Made by a program: the position numbers and the translations under genes. The notes below the pieces were generated by a model, which did not search any database, was not told the DNA's origin, and was given only the letters and a program-made list of their open reading frames with translations. Positions 56,628-64,000 of a stretch of 64,000 nt of DNA are shown here, one piece after another. Within the stretch, counting starts at the first letter, position 1; every line of letters begins with the position of its first letter. Source of the stretch: an uncultured Candidatus Binatia bacterium (lineage in GTDB: Bacteria; Desulfobacterota; Binatia; UBA9968; CAXXLF01); contig OZ244621.1 of the NCBI GenBank assembly GCA_965218425.1, positions 1,920,001 to 1,984,000 on the forward strand, in the 5' to 3' direction.

Positions 56628-58069
56628 TATTGCGCCATGTATAATCTAACCCTAAGGCCATTCGTTGCGCCATTTGTAATTCTAACCCTCCAAGGGCTCA
56701 TTTTAGGGCTCAAAGAGGGCAACCATGGAAGGATTCATCATGGCACGACGATCCAAGCGGGAGTATTTACGATCCATCTATGACCGCTACCAGCACGCAC
56801 CACGGGCGGAGAAGGGGATGATCCTGGAGCAATTCTGCAAGGTTTGCGGCTACAACCGTAAATATGCCATCTGGCTGTTAAACCGCCCTGTGCCCGAAGT
56901 AGCCGTACGCAAACGAAGTGTATCTCGCTCGCCTGCATACAGTCAGGCGATGGTAAGGATTTTGGCAAAGGTGTGGGAGGCCTCGGGGTATCTGTGCTCC
57001 CAACGTCTGAAGGCCGCCCTGGTGCACTGGCCGCCCTGGATAAGGCAACACTTCGAGCTGAGCCAACCGTTAGAGATCCAGCTATTGGCTATCAGTGCCC
57101 GTCAGATGGATCGGCGCCTGAGGGCAACCAAGCACAGGGCGAAACGGCGAGTCTATGGCACCACCCGGCCCGGATCACTGCTAAAGCAGATGATTCCCAT
57201 CAAGACCGATCATTGGGACGTGAACACTCCGGGCTATCTGGAGATTGACCTGGTGTTACACTCAGGGGCCTCAGCGGTTGGGGAGTTTATTCATAGCCTG
57301 GACTGCGTGGACATTACCACCTGCTGGGTACAGCGCAAGGCTGTCATGGGTAAGGGCAGCCTCGGTATCTTGAATGCGGTCACCGAGATCGAACACCAAC
57401 TTCCTTTCCCCCTCAAGGGGATCGACTCCGACAACGGCAGCGAGTTCATCAACAACCAACTTCTTACCTTGTGTCAACAACGCCCATCTGGCCGCGTCAT
57501 CCAGTTCACCCGCTCACGCCCCTACAAAAAGGACGACAACGCCCACATCGAGCAGAAAAACTGGACCCATGTCAGAAAGCTTATAGGCTGGGACCGCTAC
57601 GACACGGCAAAGGCCTTAGAGGTTACCAACCGACTCTATGATGAGCTTAGGATCTTCCACAATCTGTTCCAGCCCTCGATGAAGCTACAATGTAAAATCC
57701 GTAAAGGCTCTCGACTGATTCGCCGCTATGACATGCCCCGTAGCCCCCTTGAGCGAGTGGTGGAGTCCCGAAAGGGAGATCCCAAAAAGCTGGCAGCCCT
57801 CAGTCACACGCTTAAGACAACCGATCCCTTTGAACTCTGTGGCCGAATCGATGAGCAACTTCAGGGGCTCTACAAGCTGGCCAGCCATTCAGACAGAGCA
57901 CCGCGGGAAAGGCCGCCTCTGAAACACACGCCGTGGAGGGAGTGGACGTTTAGCAAGAAACTGCAGGGCCAGCAACAGGAGATGAAACGACAGATGTCAC
58001 AGAAGTTCGGTTAGATTTTGTCATGACGCAACGAACCCGGCTAGGGTTAGATTATTTGATGGCTTGACA
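56628..58069 (+). mobile_element. Insertion sequence with rve integrase-type transposase (ISNCY-like)
   Basis: Subterminal IRs 56641-56687 and 58009-58055 match at 35/47 with internal TCTAACC repeats; right end ...TTGACA. Confidence 0.85.
56740..58014 (+). CDS. DDE transposase/integrase (rve)
   Basis: GYNRKYAI.LL, PGYLEIDLV.H.G, GIDSDNGSEFIN, FTRSRPYKKDDNAHIEQKNW. Confidence 0.92.
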   Translation: MARRSKREYLRSIYDRYQHAPRAEKGMILEQFCKVCGYNRKYAIWLLNRPVPEVAVRKRSVSRSPAYSQAMVRILAKVWEASGYLCSQRLKAALVHWPPWIRQHFELSQPLEIQLLAISARQMDRRLRATKHRAKRRVYGTTRPGSLLKQMIPIKTDHWDVNTPGYLEIDLVLHSGASAVGEFIHSLDCVDITTCWVQRKAVMGKGSLGILNAVTEIEHQLPFPLKGIDSDNGSEFINNQLLTLCQQRPSGRVIQFTRSRPYKKDDNAHIEQKNWTHVRKLIGWDRYDTAKALEVTNRLYDELRIFHNLFQPSMKLQCKIRKGSRLIRRYDMPRSPLERVVESRKGDPKKLAALSHTLKTTDPFELCGRIDEQLQGLYKLASHSDRAPRERPPLKHTPWREWTFSKKLQGQQQEMKRQMSQKFG

Positions 58070-58081
58070 GGAGGGGAACCG

Positions 58082-58400
58082 GTAGGCAGACAGCAGCAAG
58101 CAGTATGCGGAAAACAGCGATGTCAGGGTTAGGTGTTGAGCGAAATAGGCTGTCAGCCATCGGCTTTCATCTATTAGCCTCGGAAGGGATTAGAAAACCA
58201 AAATGCTAAGGAGAGCTAATTTTTTTGGCCAGAATGGCCAGATAACGATCTGCGATAATCGGCGAAAATCTGCGGTTAATTCTCCTCTTTCATGTTGCTA
58301 TCTTCGATCTTCGACTCTCATCCCGCCCCACTCAGTACTCGTTACTCAGTACTAATCTGCGCTCTGCGCTAAGCTGCCTGCTGCTCACTGCATACTGCCT
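58082..58400. repeat. REP-like palindromic mosaic
   Basis: AGGCAG...CAGCAAGCAGTATGC at the left, GCTGCCTGCTGCTCACTGCATACTGCCT at the right; TCTGCGATAATC..TCTGCGGTTAAT inside. Confidence 0.72.
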
Positions 58401-58982
58401 CTAGGGTTTAGAAACAAAGACGTTGTCACGGATGAGGAACCGCCATGGCTTGTCCTTCCATGGACCGGCATAATCCACACCCACACGCGGGCGTGCCACG
58501 ATGGACGGTGCATGCTCTTTTCGATCTTCCACGTAGATGAGATTCCCGCAAGCGTCAGCGCCGTTCAACGAGCGATCAATGGCGAAGGCCTGACAGATTT
58601 TTCCCGGTCCGGATGAGAGGTTGTGAAAGTCTTCGGTCCGCCTCCTGGCACTCATCAAATCCATCCCCGTCACCGGCTCGAGGGCGCGGATCAGCACGGC
58701 CGCTGGGTAGCCTAAGCGCTCCGTTACAAAATTCAGGCAGTGGTAAAAACCATAGATCAGGTAAACGTAAGCGAAACCGGCGGGTCCGAACATGATTTCA
58801 GTGCGCGCCGTTCTCCCCTTTGAGGCATGGCACGCTTTATCCCTGGGTCCCACGTAGGCTTCGGTCTCCACAATTCTGCCGACAGTGATTCCTTTGAGGT
58901 GCTCCCGCACCAGGTACTTCCCTAGCAACTGCCGAGCGACCTTGACAGTAGGCTGCCGATAAAATCGCCGCGAGAGCTTCAA
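58401..58982 (-). CDS. mpg: DNA-3-methyladenine glycosylase (AAG/MPG family)
   Basis: VARQLLGK, GRIVETEAY, YVYLIYG..HCLN, AVLIRALEP, GPGK, PWRF. Confidence 0.93.
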   Translation of the reverse strand: MKLSRRFYRQPTVKVARQLLGKYLVREHLKGITVGRIVETEAYVGPRDKACHASKGRTARTEIMFGPAGFAYVYLIYGFYHCLNFVTERLGYPAAVLIRALEPVTGMDLMSARRRTEDFHNLSSGPGKICQAFAIDRSLNGADACGNLIYVEDRKEHAPSIVARPRVGVDYAGPWKDKPWRFLIRDNVFVSKP

Positions 58983-59013
58983 TGCCTGACAGGGCCTTTC
59001 CGTACCATGGTCA

Positions 59014-59889
59014 TTACAACTCGATCCCGGCCATGGCCTCTTTGAAACGGCGGATCGCTGCGATGTGAGCTGATGGGCCAGGCAAATTCGATTTCATGGT
59101 GTTAATGCTAATATGAGTGGCACCGAGGTCTTTCCACTTGTTAGCTTCTTCAAGCCATTGGTCCGCTACACCATTACCGTACATGATACGGCCTTCGACG
59201 CCCACTGCGGCGGGATCACGTCCCGCCTCGCCGCTGTATTGTCGTATTTTTTGGATCATCGCACTGCATTTGTCGTTGGGTGGAAGAAGCGGAAACCAGC
59301 CGTCACCCAATTGACCGACACGCTTCATCACTGGCTCGGCGTTACCTCCAAACCAGATCGGAATAGTCCGCCTGACGGGCAGCGGATTGATACCGGCATC
59401 AAAAACCTTATGCCACTTACCTTCGAAGTTTACGAGTTCCGCGCTCCATAGAAGGCGGAGAAGCGCTACCTGTTCCTCTGAGCGACGGCCGCGATTGTGG
59501 AAATTCTCTCCGAGGGTCCCATATTCAACTGGATTCCAGCCGATACCAATACCCAATCGCAATCGACCATTGCTTAGCACGTCTACTTCTGCCGCTTGCT
59601 TCGCAACCAACACAGTTTGCCTTTGCGGAAGAATCACGATGCCTGTGACAAGTTCTACTTTCACGGTTACGGCGGCGAGGTAGCCGAACAGAACAAAGGG
59701 CTCGTGGAAAAGGCTCTTGTGATCATAGGGTGGTTGCCATCCTGGACGGCTGGCAGGATTGGCCCCTACGACATGGTCGTAAACAACCAGATGATCGTAT
59801 CCAGCTTCTTCAGCCGCTACCGCATAGTCCCGGACGATCATTGGATCAGTTCCTATTTCCGTCTGTGGAAATATGACGCCAATTTTCAT
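59014..59889 (-). CDS. LLM class F420-dependent oxidoreductase
   Basis: FPQTEIG, YDHVVG, FHEPFVLFGYLA, LPQRQT.LVAKQAAEVD.LS.GRLRLGIG.GWN. Confidence 0.92.
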   Translation of the reverse strand: MKIGVIFPQTEIGTDPMIVRDYAVAAEEAGYDHLVVYDHVVGANPASRPGWQPPYDHKSLFHEPFVLFGYLAAVTVKVELVTGIVILPQRQTVLVAKQAAEVDVLSNGRLRLGIGIGWNPVEYGTLGENFHNRGRRSEEQVALLRLLWSAELVNFEGKWHKVFDAGINPLPVRRTIPIWFGGNAEPVMKRVGQLGDGWFPLLPPNDKCSAMIQKIRQYSGEAGRDPAAVGVEGRIMYGNGVADQWLEEANKWKDLGATHISINTMKSNLPGPSAHIAAIRRFKEAMAGIEL

Positions 59890-60417
59890 AAAGCCTCCAC
59901 GGGTTTACACTCTTGGCATCCTTCTTTCGACGGAATTCCCCGAAGCACCCACCCTCGCCAAGGCTACGACCGGTCCAACCATCGCATTCTCATCCACAGG
60001 CTAACGCCCATGGTTTTCTGCAAGGAGGATGAACATTCTCCATCTGCTTCTATGGTTTAATGATTAGATTTAATGGTCATGGTGACTCTGTAGTATAACC
60101 GCGTAGTGACGACCTGGAAATGGAAAATTCAAGCCTCAGTCCCTTTTTACCTAACGGCTAATATGCCCCCTGCGCAGACAAAATTTGCCGCAAGACTGGC
60201 CGAGAAACGCCTTTAGGACCACTGCAATTACCTAAATCTCCAAACCTTTGCATCTCAAGGCCACGTAGTTCCCTAAACCATTAGGCTATTGACTGGTACA
60301 ACCATGGCCCTAAGGCGCGCCAACCCGCTAAAATTCAAGGCAATTATCACCGACTGGCGTTCTCGATCCCGCCATATCCCAGCAGCATAGAGAAAATACC
60401 CGACACCCTATCCGCTG

Positions 60418-60505
60418 GAACGCTATACGCTATTCTCCATGCGCCTAGCGCTTTCGCCTCTGCGGTAATAATCCTTGCGAGCTTGGCGTCTTGGCGCGAG
60501 AATCT
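60418..60505. repeat. REP-like mosaic, partial
   Basis: CTGCGGTAATAATCCTTGCGAGCTTGGCGTCTTGGCGCGAG matches 54284-54311. Confidence 0.7.
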
Positions 60506-60545
60506 TCGTTGAAGTTGTTCTGTTGAACTCTCTGCCAGAAGGGAT

Positions 60546-60929
60546 CTAACCATCCAACACAGCGACGGCCTGGATCTCCACGAGCATTTCGGGTCGAGCC
60601 AGTCCCGCAACGGTGATGAGGGCGCTGCACGGATAGTTCTCACCAAAGAACTCCCCGCGAATCTTCACAAACTCATCGCCATAACGTGCGTCAGTGATAA
60701 ATACGGTCATCGTGGTGATATCGTCGAGTTTGCCTCCCGCATCGGCCAGGTTCTGCCGTATGCGGCCGAATGCGTTGCGCGTCTGACTCGCGAAGTCGAG
60801 GGAACCACCCGCAGGACCCGATGCACCGCCCACACCCGCCAGATAAACCGTGGTGCCACTTTTTACCTTAACCGCACGCGAGTATGAGCGCTGCTTTTCC
60901 CGCTCCCCAGAAATGTATTCGCGACTCAT
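60546..60929 (-). CDS. RidA/YjgF family protein
   Basis: YSRAVKV, VYLAG, R.EFFG..YPCS.LI.V.GLA.PEMLVEIQAVA. Confidence 0.9.
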   Translation of the reverse strand: MSREYISGEREKQRSYSRAVKVKSGTTVYLAGVGGASGPAGGSLDFASQTRNAFGRIRQNLADAGGKLDDITTMTVFITDARYGDEFVKIRGEFFGENYPCSALITVAGLARPEMLVEIQAVAVLDG

Positions 60930-61025
60930 GGGCTTGTCCTTCTCACATGGAAAAAAGACCCGCTGGACCTCTCAAACCGATCCAGCAGATCATTAAAACT
61001 CCAGGTAAGATCAGTGAGGCGAATT

Positions 61026-62048
61026 TCAACTCAGCTTGTAGAGACGCCGCGCGTTTTCTCGCAAAATATTCTGCTTCGCCTCTCGACTGAGATCCTCTCT
61101 CCGCCAAATCAGGACTGCCGAGTCCGGCCAGCTCATATCCCAGTGAGGGTAGTCAGATGCATACATGATGCGCTCGGAGCCAATCTCTCCAACCACGTAT
61201 CCAATGGATTTTTCTTCGGGCTCACAGCCATAATAGATCTGTCCATGGGAGAGATACTCACTTGGTCGTTTTTTACACAGGGGCGCCTCTGCCTTTCCCC
61301 GTTTCTCCCATTCCTCATCCATGCGCTCCATCCAATAGGGCAGCCAACCGCATCCTATCTCCAGGAACGCCAGCTTGAGCTTTGGGAATAGTTCCGGGAT
61401 GCCGCCGAAGATCATCCCCGTGAGCTGCCGCAACACAGGAAAGGGGTGGCCTGTGGTGTGAATGCAGATAAACTGATCGAAGATCTCACTTCCGGCCTCA
61501 TCCCCGCCAAAGGCATGGATAGCTAGGGGCGCACCCAGGCGCTGGGCCTCCTCGTACAGTGGATAAAACTCCTTGCTGCCGAAGTTCTTGTTATGGGCCT
61601 GGGCTGCAAGCATGGCGCCTGCTAGAGCCAACTTCGTGACGGACCGGTTCAATTCCTTCGCCGCTTCCTCTGGATTTCCAACGGGAAGATTGGCCACCGC
61701 TTTAAGACGCGGAGACGCCTTACAGTAATCAGCTATGAAGTCGTTGTACGCGCGACACAAGGCCTCCTGGTAGGCCTGCTCCCGAACCCGTCCAATACCC
61801 AGGCCGGATGTGGGATAGAGGACAGCGGTATCGATTTCCTGGGTATCCATGGCGCTCAGTCTCTCTTCGGGTTTGGTGGCCCGATGTCCTAACGTTCCGC
61901 CAAGATTTCTGTCGTAGATCTCTCGGGGCATAAATCCAGGAGTCCGGCTGCGAAAGGGCTCCGGCAAATACGGCCTGAGCAATTCGTCCAGATCACGGGC
62001 ATGCGCATCCGAATCAATCACCTTAACGGCATTTCCCAACTGTTCCAT
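61026..62048 (-). CDS. Amidohydrolase 2 family protein
   Basis: IDSDAH, CRAYNDF, LAIH, LEIGCGWLP, ASDYPHWD. Confidence 0.92.
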   Translation of the reverse strand: MEQLGNAVKVIDSDAHARDLDELLRPYLPEPFRSRTPGFMPREIYDRNLGGTLGHRATKPEERLSAMDTQEIDTAVLYPTSGLGIGRVREQAYQEALCRAYNDFIADYCKASPRLKAVANLPVGNPEEAAKELNRSVTKLALAGAMLAAQAHNKNFGSKEFYPLYEEAQRLGAPLAIHAFGGDEAGSEIFDQFICIHTTGHPFPVLRQLTGMIFGGIPELFPKLKLAFLEIGCGWLPYWMERMDEEWEKRGKAEAPLCKKRPSEYLSHGQIYYGCEPEEKSIGYVVGEIGSERIMYASDYPHWDMSWPDSAVLIWRREDLSREAKQNILRENARRLYKLS

Positions 62049-62165
62049 AGTCGCCTCCTTCTATTTTATGGCTCGAAAATACCACGGAAAAGACACAAGT
62101 CAACCGAAATGGAAAAGGCCTGAGTCGATGCTGCGCCCAAAACATTTATAACATTGAAGCAATGG

Positions 62166-62816
62166 TTATCTGGAGTTGGCGGGGGAAACCCCTCTAGCCT
62201 TGTTGATCATTTCCAACACCTGGTCTGTGGTGCGAACACGACCCATTCGAGGAAATACGAAATCCATGAGCATATCGTGAACTTTAGCGCTGTGACTCGA
62301 TCCACAAGCATCGCGAGCGATGATGAAGTTGTAATCCATGTCCCTACCACCAAACACCGTGGCTGTAATGCCAATTTCCGTGGATCCGCCAGAGATGATT
62401 ACGGTGTCGATCCCACGGGCACGAAACGCCACATCAAGGTACGTTTGATAAAATGCGTTCCATCGGTACTTAGGGACGTAATAATCGTTGGGCCGAGGAT
62501 CTAGCTCCGGTATTACCTCAGAGCTGCTATCGCCAGCGAAAACGGAGGGCCTCCCATTAGCCCAACCCATTTTTTGTGGTTTCCCATTAGGCCACGGCTC
62601 AAGGCGAATGTTGGTATCCGTGAGTAGGATAGAGCCTGTGGCGCTGTCTGAACGGCTGTTCATTTTCGCAAAAAATATCGGAATGTTAGCATCGCGTCCT
62701 GCTTTCGCTAAACGTGAACCATTGGTTACCATCTCCTCTGAGTGGCTGAAGCCTCTCACCATGTCAAAGAACAATAGACCCGTTTTACCCAATTGTATTT
62801 CGTCTAGTTCCATCAT
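62166..62816 (-). CDS. Isochorismatase-like cysteine hydrolase family protein
   Basis: LLFFDM, KYRWNAFYQT.LD..RARGIDT.II, ARDAC; the usual catalytic Cys position reads TEIGI. Confidence 0.85.
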   Translation of the reverse strand: MMELDEIQLGKTGLLFFDMVRGFSHSEEMVTNGSRLAKAGRDANIPIFFAKMNSRSDSATGSILLTDTNIRLEPWPNGKPQKMGWANGRPSVFAGDSSSEVIPELDPRPNDYYVPKYRWNAFYQTYLDVAFRARGIDTVIISGGSTEIGITATVFGGRDMDYNFIIARDACGSSHSAKVHDMLMDFVFPRMGRVRTTDQVLEMINKARGVSPANSR

Positions 62817-63131
62817 GCCCCCTTGTGGATTTTAAAAATACAAAAACTTGCTTCGAATTTCCCAAGCATCCGCCCATGACCCATCGTGGGATCAAAACCT
62901 CAGGTCAGCGAAACCTCATTAATGATGGGGACGCACTTACGAGGGCAGCTCTATCACATGGTAGTAGGCTGTCAAGGAGGCCCATGTTTCAGTTCAGGAT
63001 GCATTAATCGATGCTTTAATTGCTTTTGGCACCATCTGCCTGCGGGTTGTATAGCTTTTGGGGCTTGTATGCTCAAGTGCTCGGTCCAAAAGCGGACGGT
63101 GAGCGAAGCACTCGTTTGTCTGCGGATGACT

Positions 63132-64000
63132 CTATTTACCCCGTAGCTTCCGGTAAAGGTCCCGCGACCACTTTAACCCCTTGAGCTGTTCCTTTAGCAC
63201 TGCCGGGTCATGCGCCAGTGTTACATACTCAATCCCCGGCTTACGCATCTCTAACTCACTTACTTTGCCCATCTCCGTGATGTCCACGCGGAACGATTGG
63301 TCCGGTGTCCGCTCACTCATGGTGTGTATCGCAGTCTGGCCCTCCTTTGAGAGGATCCAGTTAACGAAAAGCTTCGCGGCGTTCGGATGCGGCCGCTTAT
63401 TGACCACCATGATGCTGTTGGAAGACCCGGTTCCCTGCAGTGTGGGCCGCTCTTTCACGGGATGTCCAATAATATCCCCGAAGTTGGCGACGGGGAGACC
63501 CCGCCTGCCAAGCCTGTCGATATCGCGCCCCGCCGCACCCACGAAAATGGCCATGGTCCACTTCCCCCTGGCGACCCCATCAGATATCTGTCGAAAGTCG
63601 GCGCTGAACGACACGTTTAGCTCCGGGTCAAAGAAACGTCTTAAGTACTCTTTCCCCAGGTCCGGATGGAACGGGACGAGAGAATAGCTCCCGGTGGCCC
63701 CGGCAGCCGTCGGCGGCAGGGAGACGATCTGGCCGGCGAACCGCTTCTTGTCCAGGAACTCCCACACGGAGTCAATCTTCTTTGCCTCCTTAACGGACAA
63801 TTTCTTGGTATTGAAGCGCATGGCAACAGGTGTAAGATCAGCGCCGCCCGAGAAAGAAAAGATGTACTGCCCCTTCGGATCGCTGTAGCTGTGTTTCCCT
63901 CTGTACCACAAGGACTGGTCCGCCACCTCGGGCAGGAACAAGACTGGTCGGATGGGGTCAACGGCACCGCTGGGCAGGAGTCGACCACTTCCGAGGGTGC
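63132..64000 (-). CDS. ABC transporter extracellular solute-binding protein, 3' part (5' end outside the window)
   Basis: LPEVADQSLW..GKH.YSD, PHPNAAKLFVNWILSKEGQ; the frame appears open to the window edge. Confidence 0.85.
   Translation of the reverse strand, partial: TLGSGRLLPSGAVDPIRPVLFLPEVADQSLWYRGKHSYSDPKGQYIFSFSGGADLTPVAMRFNTKKLSVKEAKKIDSVWEFLDKKRFAGQIVSLPPTAAGATGSYSLVPFHPDLGKEYLRRFFDPELNVSFSADFRQISDGVARGKWTMAIFVGAAGRDIDRLGRRGLPVANFGDIIGHPVKERPTLQGTGSSNSIMVVNKRPHPNAAKLFVNWILSKEGQTAIHTMSERTPDQSFRVDITEMGKVSELEMRKPGIEYVTLAHDPAVLKEQLKGLKWSRDLYRKLRGK

Overview
Bacterial window in two parts. (1) About 0.25-29.4 kb is an accessory/defence island. It holds a NYN protein, a Bug/TctC binding protein, an EcoAI-like type I RM operon with a downstream HExxH protein, a stand-alone TIR protein, Shedu, an HNH-DGQH + Mrr_N pair, two lipoproteins, a secreted EEP nuclease, a 13-repeat ankyrin protein, a cupin, gfa and a glycine-betaine ABC transporter. 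The cargo blocks are separated by at least 9 diverged copies of a 100-300 bp non-coding module. That module is built from a GGGGTCAGGTAACATGAAAA end, an IS110-type leader and either an IS110 N-terminal stub or a sigma70 promoter segment. Several cargo blocks sit between TGACCCC and GGGGTCA ends, the same terminal motif that brackets a (frameshifted) Y1-HUH/RAYT-like transposase at 51 kb. This cassette-array-like architecture is the best candidate for an undescribed system; it is a hypothesis. (2) 30-64 kb is mostly metabolic: hydantoinase A/B, flavoprotein, speA, thyX, fabF, dxs, amidohydrolases, amidase, mpg, LLM, RidA. It also contains an rve-type IS, a MITE, nested REP-like palindromes, a broken CarH-like regulator and an unidentified ~390-nt structured RNA candidate at 43.7-44.1 kb. 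No rRNA, tRNA, CRISPR array or reverse transcriptase was recognised. All family assignments come from motif recognition by eye, not from database searches.
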